This document shows, piece after piece, positions 10,273 to 22,118 of a stretch of DNA of 64,000 nt. Positions within the stretch are counted from its first letter, which is position 1. The number at the start of each line of letters is the position of its first letter. Source of the DNA: Patescibacteria group bacterium (GTDB taxonomy: Bacteria; Patescibacteriota; UBA1384; 2-12-FULL-50-11); the NCBI GenBank assembly GCA_038058635.1, contig JBBUAP010000002.1, positions 20,948 to 84,947 of the forward strand, written 5' to 3'. Under the pieces are notes generated by a model. The model ran no database searches. It was given only the letters and a program-made list of their open reading frames with translations, and was not told the origin of the DNA. The position numbers were made by a program, and so were the translations under genes.

Positions 10273-10325
10273 GAAAAACCGCTCGCTGACCTGCTTTTGA
10301 TGGGTCATGGCTCGCGGTTTTTCGG
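10273..10325. repeat. 53-nt conserved hairpin element (copy A), shaped like a bidirectional terminator
   Basis: gAAAAACCGC-tcgctgacctgcttttgatgggtcatggctc-GCGGTTTTTc. A 10-bp outer stem and an inner TGACC/GGTCA stem. Lies between convergent genes. Confidence 0.6.
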
Positions 10326-10410
10326 TTAGTTAGGATAAAAGAAGGGCCGGGCGAGACTTGCGTTCCGTCCGGCCTGATGAACCAAGATAGTGTTCTTGAA
10401 TTGAGACCCC

Positions 10411-10758
10411 CTAGGAATATTTCTCGGCTTGGGCAATAGCCGACTCGCACCATTCGCGCTCTCCATCAGAGAGCTCTATGAGCGATTCTTCGCCGAGATC
10501 CCAGTAACCTACCCAGTTTCGACTGCGTTCAGTGGCGCCTTCTGGCCCGACTCCGCCGATTTCGCAAGTAAAAAACTGGAGTTTTCCATCCCTCCGTCTC
10601 AGGCAGAGTAGGTTCGTGTCGAGCGCTAGTGTGACCCCCGGCCTGAACCCTAAACTTTTCTCCGCCTTGTCGAGAACTCTCTCGAACAATACATTGACAT
10701 GCTCCCGAATCTCATCAGCTTCCAATAACGGTGCTGGTATTAAGGGACGAGTTTCCAT
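10411..10758 (-). CDS. hypothetical protein
   Basis: 115-aa ORF with a strong SD (GGAGGTGATGG immediately before the ATG) in an unusually GC-rich segment. No recognisable motif. Confidence 0.45.
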   Translation of the reverse strand: METRPLIPAPLLEADEIREHVNVLFERVLDKAEKSLGFRPGVTLALDTNLLCLRRRDGKLQFFTCEIGGVGPEGATERSRNWVGYWDLGEESLIELSDGEREWCESAIAQAEKYS

Positions 10759-10845
10759 CCATCACCTCCATGACGACTTGCCGCAACTATAGGGGTTTAC
10801 CGTCTTACTGACAATCCCCAAATCTTCAGATACAATTGACATCAA

Positions 10846-12144
10846 ATGTCACGGGTGGCGATGTTAATGAGTGGGGGAGTAGATTCTTCGGTTTCGGCCG
10901 CGCTTTTAAAGGAGCAGGGCTACGAAGTGATTGGCTTCTACATTTTAGGGTGGCTTGGCACACCGGAATTTCCGTGTCCGTGGCAGAAAGAGGAGAAGGA
11001 TGCCCGGGCCGTCGCCGATTTGCTTGGTATTCCATTTCACACCATCAATCTGTCGAAAGTTTACGAGCGTGAAGTAATTGACAGGTTCTTTGCCGGCTAT
11101 CAGGCCGGGGTAACACCTAATCCGGATATTTTATGTAATCGAGAGATTAAATTCAAAGCTCTCTGGCAGGCGGTCCGGCAGTTTGAGTGCGATTTCTTGG
11201 CAAGCGGGCATTACGCCCGTTGCCAACAAGTTCCAAGTCTCAAGGCTAAAGTCTCATTTGTCGCTGGCGCTCGCTTTTCACCGCCTCCGCCAGTTGGCGG
11301 AAGGCGATCGGTTCAAAGTAAGGCTCAAGTATCAAGTATTAAATCAAATGACAACCATCCACACTTCAGACTTCAGACTTCAGACTTAGAGCCTTCTTAT
11401 CCAGCTATTTTCAAGCCCGCGGATAAGGAAAAGGACCAGACCTATTTTCTCTGGGGGATTGAGAAGGCGATGTTGCCGAAAATCATTTTCCCTCTCGGCG
11501 AGCTGACCAAGCCGGAAGTTCGCCAACTTGCTAAGAAATATAAGCTCCCGACTGCTACCAAGAAGGATAGTCAGGGGATCTGTTTTGTCGGGCCACTGAA
11601 AGTTCGGCAGTTTCTCGCTTCCAGAGTCAAAACCAAACCTGGCGATGTCTACTTAACTGACGGGCGGAAAGTGGCGACTCACGAGGGCGTTGAACTCTAC
11701 ACCATCGGCCAGCGATTAGCCGCCGGTTCGGTCGACTGGACAGGCGATGTCCCGCCGCTGTTCGTGATCGCTAAAGACATTACCAATAATCGTTTGATTG
11801 TCGGCGCCGATTCCCAAACATTCGGCATCAAATTAACGGCGGGCTCGTTGATTTGGCTGTGCGACTCACCCTTCGATTCCGCTCAGGGTGGCTTTCACCA
11901 CGAAATTGTGGCGAAAGCCAAAATCCGGTATCGTCAAGAAGATGAAGCCGTTCACATCCGCCAAGTTAACGCCAAATTATCAGTTGAATTTGTCAGGCCT
12001 GTCCGCGCCCTTACGGCCGGTCAATCAATCGTTTTCTACTCAACTGAAGGACAATTACTCGGCGGCGGAATTATCGAACTAGTACCAGAGCAAGATGAGA
12101 CAGTTCAACAACTTACCAAGGCTCTCGACCAAACCAAAATTTAG
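10846..12144 (+). CDS. mnmA: tRNA-specific 2-thiouridylase MnmA, carrying a roughly 55-aa in-frame insertion
   Basis: PP-loop SGGVDSS, CNREIKF, GHYAR, DQTYFLW and the C-terminal beta-barrel. The segment between GHYAR and DQTYFL is about 50 aa longer than in canonical MnmA and is encoded by a repeat element (see repeat at 11232). Confidence 0.88.
   Translation: MSRVAMLMSGGVDSSVSAALLKEQGYEVIGFYILGWLGTPEFPCPWQKEEKDARAVADLLGIPFHTINLSKVYEREVIDRFFAGYQAGVTPNPDILCNREIKFKALWQAVRQFECDFLASGHYARCQQVPSLKAKVSFVAGARFSPPPPVGGRRSVQSKAQVSSIKSNDNHPHFRLQTSDLEPSYPAIFKPADKEKDQTYFLWGIEKAMLPKIIFPLGELTKPEVRQLAKKYKLPTATKKDSQGICFVGPLKVRQFLASRVKTKPGDVYLTDGRKVATHEGVELYTIGQRLAAGSVDWTGDVPPLFVIAKDITNNRLIVGADSQTFGIKLTAGSLIWLCDSPFDSAQGGFHHEIVAKAKIRYRQEDEAVHIRQVNAKLSVEFVRPVRALTAGQSIVFYSTEGQLLGGGIIELVPEQDETVQQLTKALDQTKI
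11232..11395. repeat. AGACTT-word palindromic element (MITE/RPE-like), copy inserted in-frame in mnmA, inverted relative to the intergenic copies
   Basis: ccaagtctcaaggctaaagtctca...gcgctcgcttttcac...ggttcaaagtaag...cacttcagacttcagacttcagactt matches the reverse complement of 13285..13427 arm-for-arm and core-for-core, plus an extra 28-nt GC hairpin. Confidence 0.7.
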
Positions 12145-13273
12145 ATATCTTCGCCAGCTTCTTTTAACCTTAGTGCTGGTGCTAGTCCTCGGAGCCGGCT
12201 ATGTTCTGGGCACGACCGCCACCAATGCTCGCCAGCAACTGGATTTAAATCAATTCTGGCAAGTATACGACATCATTAATCGACGCTTTGTCGGTTCATT
12301 GGATCAGTCCAAGGCCTCCGAGGGCGCGGCAATTGGGTTGGTTCAAAGTCTCGGCGATCCTTACAGTATGTATTTACCCGCCCAGGCCAGGAAAGACTTA
12401 GACGCAGAACTTAAGGGCGAATTTGAGGGCATCGGCGCCGAATTAACCCAAAAGGACGGCCTAATTACGGTTGTGGCACCACTCGATAGCTCACCAGCGG
12501 CCAAGGCCGGATTGATGCCTCAAGATATAGTATTGAAGATCGGCGACGAATCGACCGAAGGCATGACGATCGATGTAGCAGTCAGTAAGATTCGTGGCCC
12601 CAAAGGCACAACCGTCACTCTGGAGGTGGCTCGCCTCAAAGTTAACGAGCCGCTGAAGCTGGCGATTACTCGCGAGGCCATTCATATTGACAGCGTGGAG
12701 TACAAGATGCTCGAAGGCAATATCGGCTACCTAGAAATTCGCCAATTCGGTGATGACACAGTCGATTTAGTCCAAAAGGCGGTGGCCGAGTTAGCCAAGA
12801 GCCAGCCCAAAGCCGTTATTATTGATTTACGCAACAACCCCGGCGGTTATTTGGACGATGTTGCCCCGATTGCCGGCCAGTTTATCGCTCCTAATGTCGT
12901 CGTTAAAGAACGATACAAAGACGGCCGAACTGATTTGCTCCGTTCAACCGAAGTGCCGGTTCTGCCCAACACCCCGCTCTACATTTTGGTTAACGGCGGC
13001 TCGGCTTCAGCGGCCGAGATATTGGCTGGCGCCCTGCAGGATTACAAACGAGCAACCTTGGTCGGACAAAAGACCTTCGGCAAGGGCTCGGTTCAAGATA
13101 TTATCCCACTCAAAGCTGGTGCCGCCTTGCGGCTGACAATTGCTGAATGGCTGACGCCCAACGATCGTCAAATCAGCAAGAAAGGCATCGATCCCGATGT
13201 CGTCGTTGAGGGGAACAAGTCGTCCGACAGCGATCCGGTGTTGGCGAAAGCGCTCGAGCTGGCAGGCAAGTAA
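12095..13273 (+). CDS. ctpA: C-terminal processing (tail-specific) peptidase, family S41, with PDZ domain
   Basis: GFEGIGAEL, PDZ segment, IDLRNNPGG, GGSASAAEIL, and the catalytic Ser/Lys context. N-terminal TM. Confidence 0.85.
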   Translation: MRQFNNLPRLSTKPKFRYLRQLLLTLVLVLVLGAGYVLGTTATNARQQLDLNQFWQVYDIINRRFVGSLDQSKASEGAAIGLVQSLGDPYSMYLPAQARKDLDAELKGEFEGIGAELTQKDGLITVVAPLDSSPAAKAGLMPQDIVLKIGDESTEGMTIDVAVSKIRGPKGTTVTLEVARLKVNEPLKLAITREAIHIDSVEYKMLEGNIGYLEIRQFGDDTVDLVQKAVAELAKSQPKAVIIDLRNNPGGYLDDVAPIAGQFIAPNVVVKERYKDGRTDLLRSTEVPVLPNTPLYILVNGGSASAAEILAGALQDYKRATLVGQKTFGKGSVQDIIPLKAGAALRLTIAEWLTPNDRQISKKGIDPDVVVEGNKSSDSDPVLAKALELAGK

Positions 13274-13284
13274 CCAGCAGTGAT

Positions 13285-13427
13285 CAAGTCTGAAGGCTAA
13301 AGTCTAAAGTAAGTCTTAATTATCAAGTTTCAAGTAAATAACACTTGATACTTGTACTTACTTTGAACGAAGTGAAAAGCGAGCGCTAGAGACAAATCAG
13401 ACTTCAGACCTGAAGCTTTAGACTTGT
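13285..13427. repeat. AGACTT-word palindromic element, intergenic copy 1 (12 nt after the ctpA stop)
   Basis: 5' arm caagtctgaaggctaaagtctaaag. Conserved core tacttactttgaacgaagtgaaaagcgagcgctagagac. 3' arm cagacttcagacctgaagctttagacttg. The arms are imperfect inverted repeats. Confidence 0.7.
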
Positions 13428-13477
13428 CGGTAAAATGATGGGTTGCTTATTGCGGTCATATTACCGATGATAAACGT

Positions 13478-13708
13478 ATGGCAGAATCACTCATTACTCT
13501 CCGTGAGGCGGATGAAATTGTAAGCGCCCCAACTGGTGCGGCTAAACAGCTTCGAACCCCAATGATGGTTATTCTGGGTGCGCTGATGATAGTAATAGCC
13601 ACCCTCCTAATTTTGGTCATCTTATCTCTGATTGGCTCGCGAACTGGTTGGGAGTCGATTCTGCCCTTTTTAGATTCCCAGCCGACCAACAGCTTGCAAA
13701 CAAATTAG
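13478..13708 (+). CDS. small hypothetical membrane protein
   Basis: 76-aa ORF with one long hydrophobic helix, immediately upstream of lemA. Confidence 0.3.
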   Translation: MAESLITLREADEIVSAPTGAAKQLRTPMMVILGALMIVIATLLILVILSLIGSRTGWESILPFLDSQPTNSLQTN

Positions 13709-13728
13709 CGAACAACTAAAATCATAAT

Positions 13729-14283
13729 ATGACAACAACGATTTGGATTATTCTCGGTTTAGTCGTTCTCTTTCTCCTTTGGCTCGTCGCCACCTACAAT
13801 AGCTTGGTCCGCCTCAAGAATCGAACCGACGAAGCGGCCAGCGATATTGATGTCCAAACCAAGCGTCGTTATGACTTAATTCCGAATTTGGTTGAAACTG
13901 TTAAGGGCGTCGCCAAGCAAGAGCAGACTGTTTTCATTAAAGTCACCGAAGCTCGAGCTGCCGCTATGGGAGCGCACGGAATGGCCGATAAAGCCGAGAA
14001 GGAAAATATGTTGAGCGAAACGCTGAAGTCGTTGTTCGCTGTTTCGGAAAACTATCCTGATTTGAAATCGTCCCAGAACTATCTTCAGCTTCAAACCGAA
14101 TTAACCGATACCGAGGACAAAATTCAGGCCTCAAGACGTTTCTACAACGCCAATGTCCGCGATATCAACATCAAGATCGAGCAGTTTCCAACCTCGATCT
14201 TTGCTGGCATGCTCGGCTACATTAAACGCGAATTCTTCGAAGCCGCCGGCGCGGAAAAAGAACCAGTCAAAGTTGCGTTCTAG
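13729..14283 (+). CDS. lemA: LemA-family membrane protein
   Basis: N-terminal TM, then YNSLVRLKNRTDEAASDIDVQTKRRYDLIPNLVETVK...FIKVTEARA, typical of LemA. Confidence 0.85.
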   Translation: MTTTIWIILGLVVLFLLWLVATYNSLVRLKNRTDEAASDIDVQTKRRYDLIPNLVETVKGVAKQEQTVFIKVTEARAAAMGAHGMADKAEKENMLSETLKSLFAVSENYPDLKSSQNYLQLQTELTDTEDKIQASRRFYNANVRDINIKIEQFPTSIFAGMLGYIKREFFEAAGAEKEPVKVAF

Positions 14284-14405
14284 TTTTTGAGGCGGTGGAG
14301 GTGGCGGCGGGAGCTAGTGAAGCCCGGTCACAGCTGAATCAAGTTCACGTCTAGACAGTATGAAGCGACGCCTCGCTGAAGCGAAGCGTCGTTGTGTTGG
14401 TCGGG

Positions 14406-14606
14406 CTACGACCCCGTTGGTATGTCGCTGCCGTCGTCGGGCAACTCCCTTTCCATGATTGTGAAGTGGATTTGTTTGTCGGGGTTCGATTCACCGTTCG
14501 TACCATAGCCCGCAAGCCTGAAACCTTCGCTGCCACTTTCGTTGAGTTGCCTCTCTAACGACCCAGCATTATAAGCCTCAAGGACCTCGAATTGAAACTT
14601 CCTCAT
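14406..14606 (-). CDS. small hypothetical protein (DUF4177-like?)
   Basis: 66-aa ORF with a perfect AGGAGG SD 5 nt upstream of the ATG. Confidence 0.4.
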   Translation of the reverse strand: MRKFQFEVLEAYNAGSLERQLNESGSEGFRLAGYGTNGESNPDKQIHFTIMERELPDDGSDIPTGS

Positions 14607-14663
14607 CTCGCCCTCCTGGACAGAATGTCCTTCGAATAGTACCTCAAAACAGGTAGAATATCA

Positions 14664-17880
<3,217 letters not shown>

Positions 17881-17888
<8 letters not shown>

Positions 17889-19185
17889 AGATCTTAATAT
17901 CTTTCTTCATAAAGATCTAGAGCCGATTGAGGGCAGTGAGGGCACTCTTAAGGGAGTGAAGCTGGCGATTAAGGATAATCTAATGGTTAAGGATTGGCCG
18001 GCTACAGCCGGGTCAAAGATTTTGGAGGGATTCGTGGCGCCGTACGACGCTACGGTCATTAAGCGCTTGAAAGCGGCCGGTGCGACGCTGATCGGTAAAA
18101 CTAACCTGGACGAGTTCGCCATGGGCTCGAGCACCGAAAACTCGGCTTTCGGACCAACCAAAAACCCGTGGGATCCAAAACGCGTCCCAGGCGGTTCGTC
18201 AGGCGGCTCGGCCGCCGCCGTTGCTGCTGATTTGTGCGATGCCTCGCTCGGTTCCGATACCGGCGGATCAATCCGTCAGCCAGCCGCTTTCTGTGGTGTC
18301 ACTGGACTCAAACCGACCTACGGCTCGGTCTCACGCTACGGTTTAATCGCTCTGGCCTCATCGCTCGATGTTATCGGCCCGATGGCTCGCGACGCTGAAA
18401 CCGTCGAGAAAGTTTTCGTCGCCATCTCGGGTGCTGACAACAACGACCAAACTACTTTTGACTATACTTACAAACCCGTCGATACCGACCTAGCTAAACT
18501 AAAGGTTGGTTTACCCAAAGAACTTTGGGATCTCGAGATTGACCCAGAGATTAAGACCGCCGTCCGAACTGTTGTCGACTGGTTGGCCGCCAAAGGGGCG
18601 AAAATCATCGATGTTTCCTTGCCGTCAGTTGTCTACGCCCTACCGGCTTACTATGTTATTCTGCCGGCCGAGGCCTCGGCTAATTTGTCGCGCTACGACG
18701 GCATTCGCTCCCGCCAGTCGGTGATGAAAGATGGCCAAAAATTGCTTGAGCGCTATATGGACACCCGGGCCCTGTTTGGCAGTGAGGTCAAGCGCCGAAT
18801 TCTAATTGGCACTTTTGCCTTATCGGTCGGTCATTACGACGCTTACTACCAAACGGCTGTTAATGTTAAAGACAAAATTGCCGCTGATCACGAGCGGGTT
18901 TTTAAGGAAGTTGATGTTCTATTGACGCCAACGACGCCCGGTTTACCGTTTGAGTTTGGCGCCAAAAGCGATCCGGTCGAAATGTACAAGTCTGATTTAA
19001 TGACCGTCGCCGCCAATTTGGCCGGAGTACCAGCAATTTCATTACCGTGCGGATTTAGTCAGAGCAACCTGCCGATTGGGGCGCAGTTGATCGCCGCCAA
19101 CGCTCAAGAGAACTTGCTACTATCAGTTGTCAAGAAATATCAAAAAGAAACTGATTATCATTTGAAAAAACCGGGTAATATCTAA
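17881..19185 (+). CDS. gatA: Asp-tRNA(Asn)/Glu-tRNA(Gln) amidotransferase subunit A (amidase family)
   Basis: Amidase signature GGSSGGSAAAVAA, with the Ser-cisSer-Lys triad context. Confidence 0.9.
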
Positions 19186-19406
19186 TGGGAAAAAGAGCCA
19201 GACTAAAAAAACAGGCGAAAATTGAAAAGATTCTCGAGCAAAGACAGCAAATTGAGCAACGAAAAGTTGTCGCTCGTTCGCCGATGATCCATATGCTGAA
19301 GCGTTTGTTGCTGGTGGTGATTGTGACTCTCGCCCTGCTTTATGTTGGTCAAACTGTCAACCAGAAGATTGCTAAAGCCGAAAGTAAAATTGAGGTTACA
19401 AAATGA
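19185..19406 (+). CDS. small hypothetical protein with C-terminal TM helix
   Basis: 73 aa, basic N-terminus. ATGA overlap with the next ORF. Confidence 0.3.
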   Translation: MGKRARLKKQAKIEKILEQRQQIEQRKVVARSPMIHMLKRLLLVVIVTLALLYVGQTVNQKIAKAESKIEVTK

Positions 19407-19792
19407 TGTCTTTCTTGCGTTGGCTTTTTGGTATCGGGAAAACGACGAAGGCCAAAATTGATTGGCTTGAAATCGAATCTCGACAGAGGCAGATCGACGC
19501 CATAGCGGCCCAAAACAACCAGCTGGCTTTTAAGCAAACGATTATCGAGTCAGACAAACTGATTGACTCGATAATGAAGAATTTAGCAGCGGGAGCAACT
19601 TTTGCTGATCGGCTCAAGGCGCTCCGACCCAAATTCCCCCGCGGGTCTTACGACCAGCTCTGGAAAGCTCATATCAAACGGAATGAATTGGTTCACGACA
19701 ACGGTAGTTTTGTGGCTGATTGGGAACTCTCGACTCATATGCGGACATACAGAGAGATCGTGTCGGTGTTGAGAGGAATTAGCTTAGGATGA
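19403..19792 (+). CDS. hypothetical helical protein with an Rx4H (KRNELVH) motif, possibly HEPN-like
   Basis: 129-aa ORF inserted between gatA and gatB. Contains R-N-x3-H near the C-terminus, the HEPN RNase motif pattern. Confidence 0.35.
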   Translation: MMSFLRWLFGIGKTTKAKIDWLEIESRQRQIDAIAAQNNQLAFKQTIIESDKLIDSIMKNLAAGATFADRLKALRPKFPRGSYDQLWKAHIKRNELVHDNGSFVADWELSTHMRTYREIVSVLRGISLG

Positions 19793-19794
19793 GA

Positions 19795-19905
19795 AAATCC
19801 CAAATCCCAAATCCCAAATCCCAAACAAAAAACAAACTCCAAATCTCCAAATATTTGGATAATTTGAATTTCGGTAATTGGGATTTGTTTGGTGCTTGGG
19901 ATTTT
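19795..19905. repeat. long imperfect palindrome built from AAATCCC / GGGATTT words
   Basis: (aaatccc)x4...caaactccaaatctccaaat | atttggataatttgaatttcggtaattgggatttgtttggtgcttgggattttggtgattggagttt. Roughly a 50-bp imperfect stem inside the gat operon, just upstream of gatB. Confidence 0.6.
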
Positions 19906-19910
19906 GGTGA

Positions 19911-21272
19911 TTGGAGTTTCCGATGAGTCAATACAAATTGACCATCGGCTTGGAGGTTCATGTTGAACTAAAAACTAAAACAAAAATGTTTTGTGGTTGT
20001 GCCAACGATCCTTTTGACTCAAAACCCAATGTTAACGTTTGTCCGGTCTGTTACGGCCTACCTGGGTCATTGCCACTATTAAACAAGGAAGCGATTAGGC
20101 TGACAGTTGAATTGGGCCAAGCTTTAAACGGCCAGATTGCCCCGGCTACTTTTTGGGCGCGAAAGAATTATTTTTACCCCGATCTGCCGAAGGGCTATCA
20201 GATTTCTCAATCTACTGCGCCAATCGTCGAGCATGCCAGTATTGAAATCGATGGTGTCAAACATAATATTCAACGGATTCATCTGGAAGAAGATGCAGGC
20301 AAGTCGGTTCACCAAGCCGACCAATTGGCTTCACTGGTGAATTTTAATCGTGCCGGGGTGCCACTCATGGAGATGGTGACCGAACCAGATTTCCATACGG
20401 CCGAAGACGCCAAACGCTTTTGCCAGGAAATTCAACGAATTGTTCGTGCGCTCAATATTTCTGACGCAGATATGGAAAAAGGCCAGATGCGCTGTGAGGC
20501 CAATATATCAGTGTCAAAAACAGAAAAACTTGGCGAAAAAGTTGAGGTCAAAAATATTAATTCCTTTCGAGCTGTTGAGAAAGCCATTACTCACGAGTAC
20601 GAGCGACAAACGGAATTGTTAGACAAAGGAGGGTCTGTTACACACGAGACTCGTACCTGGGACAGTATTGCTAGCAAAACAGTATCTATGCGCTCCAAGG
20701 AGACCAGCGCCGACTACCGTTACTTTCCTGAGCCAGACTTGCCGATCGTAGAGATAGAGGTTGGGGCGGTAAAAAGTGCGCAGCTTCCGGAAGATCGACG
20801 TCGAGCACTGGAGGCGATTGGTACTCCAGCGGCGATCGCTCAATCTTTGGTAGATAAACAACTCGACAGTAGAGTACTGGTAATCAACAACCGAGAGCCC
20901 GAGTTAACTAAAGAAGCGGCTCATTTGATGTTAGAGTCGACGGCCTTCGCTAGTTTGGATCTTGAAGATCAGACCAAGCTCTTAAGCGCCAAGAAGTCGG
21001 GCGGTTGGACAAAAGATACCCTCGCCGTCGCGATGAAAGAGATCGGTATCGGCAAGACAGCCGAAGAGGTAATCGCTACCTACTCCGAGAAGTTTGTACT
21101 GGAACCGATTATTGTTGAGGCGATCACGGCCAACCAACCAGCTGTCAATGACTACACCGCAGGCAAAGAGAACGCTCTCCACTTCTTGGTGGGTCAGGTG
21201 ATGGCCAGAACTAAGGGTAAGGCCAATATTAACGAAGTTCGAACTCAATTGAAGGATATTCTCGACCGGTAG
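19911..21272 (+). CDS. gatB: Asp-tRNA(Asn)/Glu-tRNA(Gln) amidotransferase subunit B
   Basis: KLTIGLEVHVEL, CPVCYGLPGSLP, and a GatB/YqeY C-terminal domain. Confidence 0.9.
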   Translation: MEFPMSQYKLTIGLEVHVELKTKTKMFCGCANDPFDSKPNVNVCPVCYGLPGSLPLLNKEAIRLTVELGQALNGQIAPATFWARKNYFYPDLPKGYQISQSTAPIVEHASIEIDGVKHNIQRIHLEEDAGKSVHQADQLASLVNFNRAGVPLMEMVTEPDFHTAEDAKRFCQEIQRIVRALNISDADMEKGQMRCEANISVSKTEKLGEKVEVKNINSFRAVEKAITHEYERQTELLDKGGSVTHETRTWDSIASKTVSMRSKETSADYRYFPEPDLPIVEIEVGAVKSAQLPEDRRRALEAIGTPAAIAQSLVDKQLDSRVLVINNREPELTKEAAHLMLESTAFASLDLEDQTKLLSAKKSGGWTKDTLAVAMKEIGIGKTAEEVIATYSEKFVLEPIIVEAITANQPAVNDYTAGKENALHFLVGQVMARTKGKANINEVRTQLKDILDR

Positions 21273-21300
21273 CGGTATGCTTGTGGTACGCTGTTAATTA

Positions 21301-21822
21301 ATGGCAGTCACATCTTTTTCCGATCGGATTTTTGAGCTGTTGGCCAAATCGTGGGATCGATTACCCCAGTTATTGCTAACCATCGTCGTTGGCTACATTA
21401 TTATTAAGTTAATTAAGGCCTTTCTGCGAGGCTTGATTGGCTACTCAAAAGCCAATTCGGCGCTCAAGGGGATTGTCTTGTCAGTTCTAGACGTGGCCCT
21501 TTGGATTTTTCTAATAGCGGCGCTCTTACAACAGGTTGGCTTGACCCAAATATCATTGGCGCTATCCGGTACGGTCGCTATTTCGGCGCTGGCCTTATCG
21601 GCCGGTTCGACGGCCTTCATTCAAGACTTGGTAGCTGGTATTTTTCTGGCTCAAGACCCAGACTTTAGCGCTGGTGATCGGGTGAAGGTTGACGAAGTCG
21701 AGGGCATTGTGGAGCGGATGGATGCCCGCAAAATTCGCTTGCGTGACGACAAAGGCATCCTCCACATCTTTCCCAATTCACATTTCGACCGCACGGCTTG
21801 GATGGTTCTGAAAAAACGCTAA
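21301..21822 (+). CDS. small MscS-like mechanosensitive channel family protein
   Basis: 3 TM, then GDRVKVDEVEGIVERMDARKIRLRDDKGILHIFPNSHF (MscS beta-domain pattern). Confidence 0.5.
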   Translation: MAVTSFSDRIFELLAKSWDRLPQLLLTIVVGYIIIKLIKAFLRGLIGYSKANSALKGIVLSVLDVALWIFLIAALLQQVGLTQISLALSGTVAISALALSAGSTAFIQDLVAGIFLAQDPDFSAGDRVKVDEVEGIVERMDARKIRLRDDKGILHIFPNSHFDRTAWMVLKKR

Positions 21823-21840
21823 AATGGTTTTAGGAGGTAG

Positions 21841-22116
21841 ATGTTAACAGAAGACTGGATTAACTGGCTTTCGATCATAGTTTTGCTCGGTTTTTTGGTG
21901 GCCCTGATCTACTTTATTGTTGTGCTCCATCGAGCCAATCGCGTCATTACCCGCCTGGATAACCTGACTGGGACTTTTGGAGGATTTGTGCAAGAAATTG
22001 TCCCAGCGATTGTTAATATGGGTACTGTCGTGACTGCCGTGCAGTCGATTTTGCGTCACTTAGTTGTTCAGGACGACGACCAGAAGAAAGTTAAGAAATT
22101 AGGAGGTAAAAAGTAG
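21841..22116 (+). CDS. small hypothetical membrane protein
   Basis: 91 aa, AGGAGG SD, one TM, Lys-rich tail. Confidence 0.35.
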   Translation: MLTEDWINWLSIIVLLGFLVALIYFIVVLHRANRVITRLDNLTGTFGGFVQEIVPAIVNMGTVVTAVQSILRHLVVQDDDQKKVKKLGGKK

Positions 22117-22118
22117 CA

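Noticed and set aside
10836-11389. ORFs 10836..11072 (+) and 11183..11389 (+) overlapping mnmA
   Set aside because: Alternative frames of mnmA and of the repeat-derived insert. Not independent genes.
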